64,000 nt of DNA from assembly GCA_945912145.1 (NCBI GenBank), contig CAMEBF010000008.1, positions 12,925 through 76,924 of the forward strand. Direction: 5' to 3'. Shown piece by piece: positions 1-9,607 of this stretch. Each line of letters starts with the position of its first letter. Positions within the stretch are counted from its first letter, which is position 1. The translations under genes were made by a program, and so were the position numbers. A model generated the notes under the pieces. The model saw nothing but the letters and a program-made list of their open reading frames with translations, was not told the DNA's origin and did not search any database. The DNA comes from an uncultured Clostridia bacterium (GTDB taxonomy: Bacteria; Bacillota; Clostridia; Oscillospirales; Acutalibacteraceae).

Positions 1-922
1 TGGTTAACGGTGTGTCCTTGCGGAAATGCGGACGCACCGCCGTCTTATAGCGTTTGTCGGTATAGCGGAACGAGGACGGCTCGCCCGGCGTGTCGATTGC
101 CCAGACATAGGGGAAGAATTTACCCGTCAGAATATCGAACGGCAGAACGCGGACACGGTTGTTCTCGTCGGCTTCGACGATCAGGAACTGCGCGCACTCT
201 TTTGCGTCGGGCGGCACCGTGCCGTAGACCTTGTCAAATTCGTCAAGCTCAAAATAGCTCAGCGACCCGGTTCCGAGCGACGTGAAATGCTCCTGATGAA
301 TGCTTCTGGGATCGTTGATGGGCGCATGGGAATGTCCCGAAAAATCAATGACCTGCGGGTAGTTCATCAGCACGGGATAGAGCGTATCCTCGCCCCAGTT
401 GATACTGCCGTAGACCGTGCCCGAAATATGGGGATGCTGAAAGAAGAAAATCGGCTTTTCTTGGGAATCCGCCGCTGCTTCTTTCAGGGCGTCTTCGGCG
501 AACGTGACCTGCGGCTCGTCGAAACGACAGCCCCTTGTGGTGGAGACAGAAATGAAATGAAAGCCTTTGATGACCTTGTGAACATCGTAAGGCAACTCGA
601 AGATTCTCGCAAAACGTTCTTTCGCGGTGTCCTCTCCGGCGGCGTATTCATGGCTCGCCAGGGAAAGCGTCACGTCGGTCTCCGGCTTCAATTCGGCATC
701 GAGCACCTCTTTGAAATGGAGCATTTCCTCTTCCTCTCCGTGATTGGCGAAGTCGCCGACCGCGAAAAACGCGTCGATTTTCGGGTATTCGCATTTTTCG
801 GCATAGGCGTAAGCATCCTGCAGTCCTTTTTTCAGCCTGGCAAGCTCTATGCAGTCCTTTTCGGGCTTTGTATGAATATCGCTCATCACGACAAACCGGA
901 TTTTCGGTGTAAATGCGCTCAT
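1..922 (-). CDS. metallophosphoesterase (calcineurin-like); 3' part runs off the window start
   Basis: Absent from the ORF track because it has no stop in the window. My reverse-strand translation from ATG 922..920 (GGAGGA at 932..927) reads MSAFTPKIRFVVMSDIHT..GDFANHGEE..FFFQHPH..FSGHSHAP, which are phosphoesterase metal-binding motifs. The + ORF 26..970 is its mirror image. Confidence 0.8.
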   Translation of the reverse strand, partial: MSAFTPKIRFVVMSDIHTKPEKDCIELARLKKGLQDAYAYAEKCEYPKIDAFFAVGDFANHGEEEEMLHFKEVLDAELKPETDVTLSLASHEYAAGEDTAKERFARIFELPYDVHKVIKGFHFISVSTTRGCRFDEPQVTFAEDALKEAAADSQEKPIFFFQHPHISGTVYGSINWGEDTLYPVLMNYPQVIDFSGHSHAPINDPRSIHQEHFTSLGTGSLSYFELDEFDKVYGTVPPDAKECAQFLIVEADENNRVRVLPFDILTGKFFPYVWAIDTPGEPSSFRYTDKRYKTAVRPHFRKDTPLT

Positions 923-932
923 AAGCTCCTCC

Positions 933-2777
933 TCAGTTTTTTACAAAATACTGATCGTACCAGAGAATGAAGGAATAGATCGACCAGATCCGTTTCATGT
1001 TCTTTTCTTTGCCGCTCTTGTGGTTGTCGAGCAGCGCCATGATGTAATCGATGTCAAAGAACTCTTTCGCGATGTCGCCGGTAAAGGCGTCTTTGACCAT
1101 ATTGTAGAATTTATCCCGCTTGAGCCAGTCGTTCAGCGGCGTCAGAAAGCCCGTTTTCGGCATACTCGCCGTCTTTTCGGGAACTTGTTTCAGCGCCGCG
1201 CCGCGCAGGGCGATCTTCGTCTGCTCCTTGGAAACGCGGTAACGGGTGGGAATCGACAGCGCGACTTTCAGCATCTCTTTATCGAGGAACGGCACGCGCA
1301 ATTCGAGTGAATTCGCCATTGACATCCTGTCCGCCTTAACGAGAATATCCTGCACAAGCCATGTCTGCATATCGACGAACTGCATCTTTGTCACGTCGTC
1401 CTCACCCTGCACCATATCGAAATAGGGCTTTGTGAAAACGGCGGGATCGGGCGCGGGAATGTCGGGATCGAGCACCGCGTCACGTTCATACCACGGATAA
1501 ACATAGTTATTGCGGACGAAATTCTCTTCGATGCTTTCCGCACCGCGAATGAGGAAGCGGCGACCGTGGAAACGGGGCAGCTTTTTTGCGAGTGCCGCGG
1601 CGTTCTTCCGCAGCGACAGCGGCAGCTTCTGATAGTTCTCAAAATTCAGCGGATCTTTATAATAGAAATAGCCGCCGAAAAGCTCGTCTGCTCCCTCGCC
1701 GGACAGCACAACCTTGACCTGCTCGGAAGCGAGCTTCGTCAGAAAATACAGCGCGATGGCGGAAGGATTGGGCAGCGGCTCGTCCATGTAATACTGCACC
1801 TTCGGCGCGGCCTCAAAAAATTCGTCGGCGGAAATCTTTTTCGTGTAGTTCGCCACGCCGGCGGTCTTGGCAAATTCCTCGGCATATTTCAGCTCGGAAT
1901 ACTGCTCCTCCTCATAGCCGACGGAGAAGGTACGCACATCGTTATTCTTCGACATTTCCTTGACGACGTAGCTCGAATCCACGCCGCTCGACAGGAAACA
2001 GCCGACCTCAACGTCGGCAATGCCGTGCACCGTTGTGGAATCGCGGAACGTCTCGGCAATGATGTCCTCCCATTCCTCGAGCGACTTCGTCTCGTCAATG
2101 TCGTATTTCATCTCATAGTATTTGCCCTGCGTGAGCTTGCCGTTCTGCCACTCGAAATAGGAGGCAGGGGAGAGCTTATATACATTTTTAAATAACGTCT
2201 CGTCCGACGGAATGTATTCAAAGCAGAGGTATTCGGGGATTCTGTCGCGGTTCAGCTCTTTTTCAAAACGGGGATTCGACAAAAACGCCTTGATCTCCGA
2301 CGCGAAGAGGAACGTATCGCCCTTGAGATAATAGAAAAAGGGCTTGATGCCAAAAATATCACGCGCACCGAACAGCTTTTGTGTGACCTTGTCCCAGATG
2401 ACGAACACAAACATACCGCGCAGCTTCGGCAGCAGGTCTTTGCCGTACTCCTCATAGCCGTGCAGCAGGACTTCGGAATCGGTGTTCGTCGAAAAAATAT
2501 GTCCCTTTTTCAGCAGCTCTTCGCGCAGCGACTGATAGTTATAGATCTCGCCGTTAAAGACGAGCACCTTTGTTTTATCCTCATTGAAGATCGGCTGACT
2601 GCCGCCCTCCAAGTCAATAATGCTCAGTCTGCGAAAGCCCAGCGACACTTTATCATCAACATAATAATCGTCCTGATCGGGACCGCGGTGCGCGATGCGA
2701 TCCGCCATCGCCCTGACTGTTTTTTGATTCTCTCCCGAATCGGCGGTCTCATTCAGAAATCCTACGAATCCGCACAT
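933..2777 (-). CDS. asnB: asparagine synthase (glutamine-hydrolysing)
   Basis: 614 aa. N-terminal MCGFVGF (Ntn Cys2 amidotransferase) and an SGVDSS PP-loop. The stop abuts the RBS of the downstream gene, and the start overlaps the upstream racemase by 16 nt. Confidence 0.9.
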   Translation of the reverse strand: MCGFVGFLNETADSGENQKTVRAMADRIAHRGPDQDDYYVDDKVSLGFRRLSIIDLEGGSQPIFNEDKTKVLVFNGEIYNYQSLREELLKKGHIFSTNTDSEVLLHGYEEYGKDLLPKLRGMFVFVIWDKVTQKLFGARDIFGIKPFFYYLKGDTFLFASEIKAFLSNPRFEKELNRDRIPEYLCFEYIPSDETLFKNVYKLSPASYFEWQNGKLTQGKYYEMKYDIDETKSLEEWEDIIAETFRDSTTVHGIADVEVGCFLSSGVDSSYVVKEMSKNNDVRTFSVGYEEEQYSELKYAEEFAKTAGVANYTKKISADEFFEAAPKVQYYMDEPLPNPSAIALYFLTKLASEQVKVVLSGEGADELFGGYFYYKDPLNFENYQKLPLSLRKNAAALAKKLPRFHGRRFLIRGAESIEENFVRNNYVYPWYERDAVLDPDIPAPDPAVFTKPYFDMVQGEDDVTKMQFVDMQTWLVQDILVKADRMSMANSLELRVPFLDKEMLKVALSIPTRYRVSKEQTKIALRGAALKQVPEKTASMPKTGFLTPLNDWLKRDKFYNMVKDAFTGDIAKEFFDIDYIMALLDNHKSGKEKNMKRIWSIYSFILWYDQYFVKN

Positions 2778-3493
2778 ACTTTTTCCCCCTTAACCTGTTT
2801 GCCGCAGAGCACGATACTGCGTTCGGCGAGCACTTCCAGCGAGTCGATGATGTCCGGCCGCTTGAGAGCGAAATCCTTGTTGATGACGGAAAGCTCCGTA
2901 CAGCCGAGTGCCACGGCGTCGCAGCCGTCTGCTTTCATATGCTCGATGATCTTGATAAATTCGTCGATATTGACTTCCTTGCCGGCCTTGACCTGATTGT
3001 AAATCAGATTCATCAGCGACGCTTCATCGCTGAGCGACGGCACGACACAGTCGAGTGCGTATTTGCGGCACATATTCTGATACGCGCCGGCAGATATCGT
3101 CCCTTTTGTGGCGAGAATGCCGAGCTTTTTGATGTTCGCCGTATGATTCACGGCATATTTCACCGTCTCCTCAATAATATTGAGCATGGGGATTTCGATA
3201 TTTTTCTGAATCTGCTCATAGAAGAAATGGGCGGTGTTGCAGGGCATGACGACGTAATCCGCTCCTGCCGCCTGCAATTTTTTGGCGTCCTCAATCATCA
3301 CGGGAAGCGGATTCGGCTTGGTGTTATCGAGAATGAAATCGGTTCTGTCCGGGATTGCGGCGTGATTGAGCACGATCATGGAAATGTGATCCTGATCCTT
3401 TTTCGCTTCGGTCATCTTGACGACCAGATCCATAAAATAGACCGTCGCCAGAGGCCCCAATCCGCCGAGAACACCGAGAATTTTTTCGCTCAT
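2762..3493 (-). CDS. aspartate racemase (Asp/Glu racemase family)
   Basis: 243 aa. GVLGGLGPLAT N-terminus plus the two catalytic-Cys contexts PCNTAH and GCTEL. Confidence 0.85.
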   Translation of the reverse strand: MSEKILGVLGGLGPLATVYFMDLVVKMTEAKKDQDHISMIVLNHAAIPDRTDFILDNTKPNPLPVMIEDAKKLQAAGADYVVMPCNTAHFFYEQIQKNIEIPMLNIIEETVKYAVNHTANIKKLGILATKGTISAGAYQNMCRKYALDCVVPSLSDEASLMNLIYNQVKAGKEVNIDEFIKIIEHMKADGCDAVALGCTELSVINKDFALKRPDIIDSLEVLAERSIVLCGKQVKGEKVCADS

Positions 3494-3494
3494 G

Positions 3495-4751
3495 TTATGC
3501 TTCTTCCTGCGCTCTGCGCTTTGCGTCTGCCTTTTCCTGTTTTTCGACTTTGTAATACTTCCTGTATTGATTCATATACGCGGCGGCAACATAGAAACCG
3601 CGCTTGCCGCCCATATCGGGCTTGTAATAAAGCGGATAGCTGACCTTGCCCTTGCGCCACAGCTCCTTGACCTTTTTGCGAAGCGCATCATCTTTCACAT
3701 AGCGCAGAATGATGCCCTTGGGCACGACGGTAAAGAGATTTTCCTTGTCCGCAACGGTGTAAGTGAGCTCTTTCTGCTCGATCAGGTCGTCCACGATCCA
3801 CTTGACGGTATTAAAGCCGCTGCCCGTGACATAGAAATTGCTCCGTCCGAGACGGACATTGATCTCAAAGAAATTGTATTCGCCGGTGCGGCTGTCGTAT
3901 TTGACGTCGAAATTCGCGAAGCCCTTGTAGCCGACGTACTCCAAAAACTTCGTCGCGTCCGCCACGATTTTATCGTTGACCTCGTTGATGATCGCCACGG
4001 GATTGCCGATCGCCGACGGCGTGTGATCCTCGAGCAGACAATGACCCAGAGATGCGAATTTTACCTTGGAATTGCGGTCGCAGTAGCAGGTGAGCACGCG
4101 CATATTGGAGTCGTCGCCGGGAATGCAGTCCTGAATCAGGAATTTGTAGTCATAGCTCGACTTTTCGAGATTCGCGAGCATCTCCCGGAGGTCCTTTTCA
4201 TTATAAAAACGGAAAATCTTCTTTTTGCCGGGGAACTCCGCATAGTGATACAGCGCGGAATTCGCCGTTTTGGCGATGACGGGATAATCGAAATCGAAAT
4301 TCAGGTCATTCTCTTCGCCGCAGTTGTAGACATAGGTCTTCGGGTGCGGGATATCGAGCTTGTCGCAGATTTCATAGAACTTGTCCTTGAGCACGATCTC
4401 GTCCATCAGGGACTTGTCGATATAGGGAATGATATAGTATTCGCCGAGCACATCCTTGTTATCGACGAAATCGCGGACGTAAAAATCGCCGCAGCCCATT
4501 AAGATCAGTTTCTTTTTTCCCTTAAATTCCTTGCCGATCTCGACGAGCTTTTCGACTAAGAACTTGACGTCGTCGAGCCCCGGAATGACGCGGTTTTCGA
4601 TGATCTTACTCTCCGAAATGATCCGCGCCCTGCGCTGGCTGACAACCAGGGATTTGATATGATATGCTTCGTGAAAGCTTCTGGCCAGACTGTAGGCGGT
4701 GATATCCGCACCGAGAATGACCGGCATAAAGTCTCTTTCCACTAATTCCAT
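3495..4751 (-). CDS. ATP-grasp carboxylate-amine ligase, D-aspartate-ligase-like
   Basis: 418 aa with ATP-grasp-like layout. There is a 1-nt gap to the racemase gene; this gene order matches the enterococcal asl-rac pair. Confidence 0.6.
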   Translation of the reverse strand: MELVERDFMPVILGADITAYSLARSFHEAYHIKSLVVSQRRARIISESKIIENRVIPGLDDVKFLVEKLVEIGKEFKGKKKLILMGCGDFYVRDFVDNKDVLGEYYIIPYIDKSLMDEIVLKDKFYEICDKLDIPHPKTYVYNCGEENDLNFDFDYPVIAKTANSALYHYAEFPGKKKIFRFYNEKDLREMLANLEKSSYDYKFLIQDCIPGDDSNMRVLTCYCDRNSKVKFASLGHCLLEDHTPSAIGNPVAIINEVNDKIVADATKFLEYVGYKGFANFDVKYDSRTGEYNFFEINVRLGRSNFYVTGSGFNTVKWIVDDLIEQKELTYTVADKENLFTVVPKGIILRYVKDDALRKKVKELWRKGKVSYPLYYKPDMGGKRGFYVAAAYMNQYRKYYKVEKQEKADAKRRAQEEA

Positions 4752-4886
4752 ATGCTTCTACTTCCTTACAATTATTACATTTTATTGTACCATATTTTTT
4801 GATGATGTCAATCACTTAATGGGCAGATTCACGATATTTATTTTTTCTATTTACTTTTTTTTCATTTTGATTTATACTAAAGAATA

Positions 4887-5015
4887 TACAATTTACAATG
4901 TACAATGTATAATGAATCAAAAGGCGAAGCCTTTTCCTCAATTCTGCATTCTGCATTATGAATTCTGCATTTTTTAATTAAGAATGCAGAATGAAGAATT
5001 AAGAATTGAGAAAGC
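4887..5015. repeat. mosaic AT-rich element made of heptamer tandem blocks plus a GCGAAGC mini-hairpin
   Basis: (TACAATK)x4 at 4887-4914. Perfect hairpin AAAAGGC-GAA-GCCTTTT at 4919-4935. (TCTGCAT-like)x4 at 4943-4970 and its near-inverse (AGAATNN)x5 at 4981-5015 form an imperfect palindrome centred near 4975. Confidence 0.8.
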
Positions 5016-5028
5016 CCTTCGGTCTTGT

Positions 5029-5057
5029 TTGATACGCCTGCGGCGCGCTGATATATA
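5029..5057 (+). promoter_or_regulatory. possible sigma-70-type promoter for gltX
   Basis: TTGATA, 17 nt, TATATA (or TATAAT with a 19-nt spacer). It sits about 130 nt upstream of the gltX ATG. Confidence 0.35.
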
Positions 5058-5091
5058 ATATAATAATGAAAAGATGTATTTCCATCTTTTC

Positions 5092-5138
5092 AATGAATCA
5101 AAAGGCGAAGCCTTTTCCGCCATTGCACTTTGAACTTT
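5092..5138 (+). repeat. hairpin plus heptamer element shared with the glnS upstream region
   Basis: AATGAATCAAAAGGCGAAGCCTTTTCC-GC-CATT-GCACTTT-GAACTTT. It is near-identical to 6993-7045 apart from a 7-nt indel. Confidence 0.85.
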
Positions 5139-5185
5139 CATTATAGCGACAGGATTATTATTTTCAACCATAAGGAGATCATATC

Positions 5186-6844
5186 ATGGATTACGAGGCA
5201 CTCAGCGAGCTTTTGTTCCCGCACATCACGAAGACACCGGATGATTTTGAAGAAAAATATCCGCCGCGACAACTTAAAGAGGGCGCAAGAGTCACACGGT
5301 TTGCCCCGAGCCCGACCGGGTATCTGCACATCGGCGGTCTGTTCGGCGCGCTCACGGACGTCATGACGGCGAGAGCGACCGGCGGCGTCTCGTATTTGCG
5401 CATTGAAGATACGGACAAAAAGCGCGAGATCGACGACGGCGTGTCCGCGATCATCAACGGCTTTGACGCGTTCGGCGTCGGCTTCGATGAGGGCGTGACG
5501 GGCTTCGGCACGGAAGCGGGCGACTACGGCCCCTATACGCAAAGTCAGCGCGTCGAAATCTACCAGACTGTCGCAAAGGATCTTGTCCGCAAAGGTCTGG
5601 CGTATCCCTGTTTTTGCTCGGCGGAGGAGCTTTCCGCCATGCGTGAGCAGCAGGAAAAAGAGGGCACTGCAATCTGGGGCTATTTCGGCAAATGGGCGAA
5701 GTGCCGCGACCTGACCTTTGACGAGATCAAAGAACGCATCGACGCCGGTCAGCCCTATGTGCTGCGTTTCCGCGCCGACGGCGACGAAAATAAAAAAATC
5801 ATCTTTGAAGACGTGATCCGCGGCAAGATCGAGATGCCCGAAAACATCATCGACGAGGTGTTGCTCAAATCCGACGGCATCCCGACCTATCATTTCGCGC
5901 ACGTCTGCGACGATCACTTTATGCGCACGACGCACGTTATCCGCGGCGAGGAATGGATTTCCTCCGTGCCCAAGCACATCGCGCTGTTCAAGGCGTGCGG
6001 TTATAAAGTGCCCAAATACGCGCACACGCCGCAGGTCATGAAAATCGACGAAGAGGACGGCACGAAGCGCAAGCTCTCCAAACGCAAGGACCCCGAAGCG
6101 GCGGTCAGCTATTTCGTTGAGCAGGGCTTCCCCAAAGAGAGCGTGCTCGAATATCTCGTCACGCTGCTCAACTCCAATTTTGAGGACTGGCGCAGAGCCA
6201 ATCCCAAAGCGGATATTTTTGAATTTCCCTTTAATCTGAAAAAGATGAGCGCAAGCGGCTGTCTGTTCGATCTTGTCAAGCTGACGGACGTGAGCAAGAA
6301 TGTCATCTCCGTCATGACGGCACAGCAAGTCTATGACAACGTCGAAAAATGGGCGAAGACCTACGACGAACAGCTCTATTCACTCTTCACGGCGAACCCC
6401 GATTACGCGAAAAACATTCTGAATATCGACCGCGAGAATCCGAAGCCGAGAAAAGACATCGCGGAGTGGTCGCAGGTCAGGGACTATGTCGCTTATTTCT
6501 ACGACGAGCTGTATAAGCCGGACTATACGATGCCCGATCATATCACGGCAGAGGACGCGAAAGCGATCCTCCAAACCTATACGGAAGTTTACGACGAAAA
6601 CGACGATAAAGACGCATGGTTCGCGAAGATCAAGGAAATGTGCGAGCCTCTGGGCTTTACGCCGAACGTCAAGGAATATAAGAAAAATCCCGACGCCTGG
6701 AAAGGCCACGTCGGCGACGTCTCCACGGTGTTGCGAATCGCCGTCACGTCCCGCACGAACACCCCCGACCTCTACATGATCCTGAAGCTCTTGGGCAAAG
6801 AGAAGGTCATGGAACGGCTGAATAAAACGATTGCAAATATCTGA
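5186..6844 (+). CDS. gltX: glutamate--tRNA ligase
   Basis: 552 aa. HIGH motif (PTGYLHIGG) and KMSKS-like KLSKRK. AAGGAG RBS 8 nt upstream. Confidence 0.9.
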   Translation: MDYEALSELLFPHITKTPDDFEEKYPPRQLKEGARVTRFAPSPTGYLHIGGLFGALTDVMTARATGGVSYLRIEDTDKKREIDDGVSAIINGFDAFGVGFDEGVTGFGTEAGDYGPYTQSQRVEIYQTVAKDLVRKGLAYPCFCSAEELSAMREQQEKEGTAIWGYFGKWAKCRDLTFDEIKERIDAGQPYVLRFRADGDENKKIIFEDVIRGKIEMPENIIDEVLLKSDGIPTYHFAHVCDDHFMRTTHVIRGEEWISSVPKHIALFKACGYKVPKYAHTPQVMKIDEEDGTKRKLSKRKDPEAAVSYFVEQGFPKESVLEYLVTLLNSNFEDWRRANPKADIFEFPFNLKKMSASGCLFDLVKLTDVSKNVISVMTAQQVYDNVEKWAKTYDEQLYSLFTANPDYAKNILNIDRENPKPRKDIAEWSQVRDYVAYFYDELYKPDYTMPDHITAEDAKAILQTYTEVYDENDDKDAWFAKIKEMCEPLGFTPNVKEYKKNPDAWKGHVGDVSTVLRIAVTSRTNTPDLYMILKLLGKEKVMERLNKTIANI

Positions 6845-6846
6845 TA

Positions 6847-7052
6847 AAATCAAGCGCAACGCGCTTCCGATTCTCTTACCTCTTCACTTTTCACTCTTAT
6901 CTGCGGTGCAAAGCGACGCTAAAAGCCCCTACAGGCTCGCCGTAAGATTCTTATAAATCCAAGCGCACAGCGGCATCAAAACATTTTTTATTATGAATCA
7001 AAAGGCGAAGCCTTTTCCGACATTGCACTTTGCACTTTGAACTTTGAACTTT
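6847..7052. repeat. gltX-glnS spacer built almost entirely from repeat modules
   Basis: AAATCAAGCGC-AAC-GCGCTTCCGATTC (6847-6873). (CTCTTNN)x4 (6873-6900). TTATAAATCCAAGCGC end-motif (6951-6966). ATGAATCAAAAGGCGAAGCCTTTTCC (6993-7018). (GCACTTT/GAACTTT)x4 (7025-7052). Confidence 0.8.
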
Positions 7053-7070
7053 TGAAAGGACTCCATCGTT

Positions 7071-8723
7071 ATGGAAGAAAACACAAGACCCTCCAATTTC
7101 ATTCACGACATTATTGACGAAGAGCTGCGTGACGGCGTGAACACCCGCGTGCAGACCCGTTTTCCCCCTGAGCCGAACGGCTATCTGCACATCGGTCACG
7201 CCAAGGCCATCTGCATTGATTTTTCCACAGCGGAAAAATACGGCGGCACGTGCAACCTGCGTCTCGACGACTCCAACCCCTCGAAAGAGGACACCGAATA
7301 CATCGACGCGATCAAAGAGGACATCGAGTGGCTCGGCTATCACTGGGACAATGTCTATTACGCCTCCGATTATTTTGATTTCGTCTACGAATGCGCGATC
7401 AAGCTGATCAAAAAAGGCAAGGCATACGTCTGCGATCTGTCGGCGGACGAGATGCGCGAATACCGCGGCACGCTCACCGAGCCCGGTAAAAACAGCCCCT
7501 ACCGCGACCGTTCCGTCGAGGAAAATCTCGATCTGTTTGAACGCATGAAAAACGGCGAATTCCCCGAGGGCAGTCATGTTTTACGCGCGAAAATCGACAT
7601 GGCGTCGCCGAATATTGTCATGCGCGACCCGGTCATTTACCGCATTATGTACGCGCATCATCACCAGACCGGCGATAAATGGTGCATCTATCCGATGTAC
7701 GATTTTGTGCATCCGCTTTCCGACGCAAGAGAGGGCGTCACCTATTCGCTCTGCACGCTTGAATTTGAAAACAACCGTGCGGTTTACGACTGGTTCATCA
7801 AGGAAATCGGCTTCGACGAGCCGCCCAGACAGATTGAGTTTGCGCGTCTGAATCTCAACTACTGCCTGACGAGCAAGAGAAAGTGCATGAAGCTCGTCAC
7901 GTCGGGTATCGTAACCGGGTGGGACGATCCGCGTATGGCGACACTCTGCGGCATGAGACGGCGCGGCTATCCGGCGAAAGCCATCCGCGATTTCGTCGAT
8001 AAGATCGGCGTTTCCAAAGCCAACAGCGTGGTCGATTACGGTCTGCTTGAATCCTGCGTACGTGACTGCCTGAATGAATCTGCTCCCCGTGCAATGGCGG
8101 TGCTCGATCCGCTCAAAGTCGTCATCGACAATATGCCCGACGATTTCCGCGACGAGCTTGAGACGGATATTCATCCCGATCATCCCGAAATGGGCAAGCG
8201 CAAAGTCACGTTTGGCAAGGAGTTGTATATTGAAAAGAGCGACTTCATGATTGAGCCGCCGAAAAAATATTTCCGTCTTTTCCCCGGGAACGAGGTTCGC
8301 CTGAAAGGCGCGTATTTCGTCAAGTGCGTCGGCTATGACTTAGATGAAAACGGCGAAGTCGTCTGCGTCCATTGCACCTATGATCCCGAATCCCGCGGCG
8401 GCAATTCGCCCGACGGACGCAAGGTGCGCGGCACGATCCATTGGGTGAACGCAAACGATTGCAAAAAAGCGGAAGTGCGCCTGTATGACCGCCTGTTCAA
8501 CGTTCCGAATCCGAGCGACGAATCCAAGGGCGATTTCACCGAGAATCTCAATCCCGATTCGCTCACCGTGTCCGAATGCCTTTTAGAGGGCGGTCTTGAG
8601 AGCCTCAAACCGGGCGATACCTTCCAGTTTATGCGGCAGGGCTACTTCTGCGTCGATCAGGATTCGACCGCGGAGCACATCGTTCTCAACCGTACCGTCC
8701 AGCTCAATTCCTCCTGGAAATAA
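7071..8723 (+). CDS. glnS: glutamine--tRNA ligase
   Basis: 550 aa. [25 protein letters not shown] (HIGH) and an LTSKRK (KMSKS-like) motif. Confidence 0.9.
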   Translation: MEENTRPSNFIHDIIDEELRDGVNTRVQTRFPPEPNGYLHIGHAKAICIDFSTAEKYGGTCNLRLDDSNPSKEDTEYIDAIKEDIEWLGYHWDNVYYASDYFDFVYECAIKLIKKGKAYVCDLSADEMREYRGTLTEPGKNSPYRDRSVEENLDLFERMKNGEFPEGSHVLRAKIDMASPNIVMRDPVIYRIMYAHHHQTGDKWCIYPMYDFVHPLSDAREGVTYSLCTLEFENNRAVYDWFIKEIGFDEPPRQIEFARLNLNYCLTSKRKCMKLVTSGIVTGWDDPRMATLCGMRRRGYPAKAIRDFVDKIGVSKANSVVDYGLLESCVRDCLNESAPRAMAVLDPLKVVIDNMPDDFRDELETDIHPDHPEMGKRKVTFGKELYIEKSDFMIEPPKKYFRLFPGNEVRLKGAYFVKCVGYDLDENGEVVCVHCTYDPESRGGNSPDGRKVRGTIHWVNANDCKKAEVRLYDRLFNVPNPSDESKGDFTENLNPDSLTVSECLLEGGLESLKPGDTFQFMRQGYFCVDQDSTAEHIVLNRTVQLNSSWK

Positions 8724-8760
8724 ACCGCCTTATTCTTTGATCCGAAAAAAAGGTGATCCC

Positions 8761-9435
8761 ATGAAAATCATTTATAAGATTGTCAATACGGTCGCATCTC
8801 TTGCCGTGATTCCCGTTCTGCTGTTCCTGCCGATGTTCCGCTTTATCATGGTTGTGGACGTCAGCTCCGGCAATCAGATTCTGTCCCTGTTGGGCAGTAT
8901 GTTCAACGTCAATCAGATCATCACCAAGGCCATTGGTATCGACCTCGAGAATCTGCCGGAATACTACACGCTCAAAGACGCTTACGGCATGTTTTCCGGC
9001 GAAAATTCACAGTTTGCGAATGCCGGGATTGACGCTTCGGCGCTGCCGACGGAGATGGTTCGCTGGTTTACGGCGGCCGGCGTGCTGTTTGTGCTCGCGC
9101 TGGTGTGCGCCGTCGTGGTGCTGATTCTCGGGATTTTCATCAAAAAGAAATTGATTCCTGCCGGGATTTCCGCCCTGGGTTTCGGGTTTGCGTTTGCGGC
9201 CGGTAAATGCTTTTCGCATATCGCGGATCAGCTCGTTTCCGGTAAGATTTCCCTTTCGTCGATCCTCACCAATATGGAAGCACTGGCCGATTACAAGAGC
9301 TATCTCGGTTATATTGATTTCGACATCCGAATTTTTGAGTTAAGCTCGGCGTTCACGATGCTGCTGGTCGTTCTCGGGGCACTTACGCTGCTGAATGTCG
9401 GTTTTCATCTGGCGGATTCCGTTTCGGATAAGTAA
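8761..9435 (+). CDS. hypothetical multi-pass membrane protein
   Basis: MKIIYKIVNTVASLAVIPVLLF.. with several hydrophobic spans. The tracked ORF (8596..) overlaps the glnS tail, so I chose the internal ATG at 8761, which has a purine-rich RBS. Confidence 0.65.
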   Translation: MKIIYKIVNTVASLAVIPVLLFLPMFRFIMVVDVSSGNQILSLLGSMFNVNQIITKAIGIDLENLPEYYTLKDAYGMFSGENSQFANAGIDASALPTEMVRWFTAAGVLFVLALVCAVVVLILGIFIKKKLIPAGISALGFGFAFAAGKCFSHIADQLVSGKISLSSILTNMEALADYKSYLGYIDFDIRIFELSSAFTMLLVVLGALTLLNVGFHLADSVSDK

Positions 9436-9546
9436 AATTTTTCAAAAAGGCGTGTTCCGGCTCGCTGTTTTTGTCTTTCTGCCAAAACAAACGGCGCAAA
9501 ATGTGTAAATTTTTTTCAGGAATGCAAATAATTCATAAAAATACAC

Positions 9547-9575
9547 TTGCAATCTGTTCGTTTCTATTATATAAT
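9547..9575 (+). promoter_or_regulatory. sigma-70-type promoter
   Basis: TTGCAA, 17 nt, TATAAT. It lies 33 nt upstream of the 9608 ATG. Confidence 0.6.
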
Positions 9576-9607
9576 ACAAGGGTAAATAACATAAGGAGGA
9601 AAAACTT

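Noticed and set aside
4752-5185. A T-box leader upstream of gltX, and likewise at 6845-7070 upstream of glnS.
   Set aside because: I found no T-box core (..GGTGGTACCGCG-like), no specifier-loop/AGAGA architecture and no terminator/antiterminator pair. The regions are composed of heptamer blocks and short hairpins instead.
8596-8760. N-terminal extensions in the tracked ORFs (8596.., 19725..21554, 25527.., 28399.., 29343.., 29936.., 33203..33619, 34061.., 42430.., 47544.., 62042..63565).
   Set aside because: The extensions overlap the preceding gene or intergenic repeats and lack an RBS. Internal ATGs preceded by GGAGG-like sites give N-termini typical of the families, so I moved the starts.
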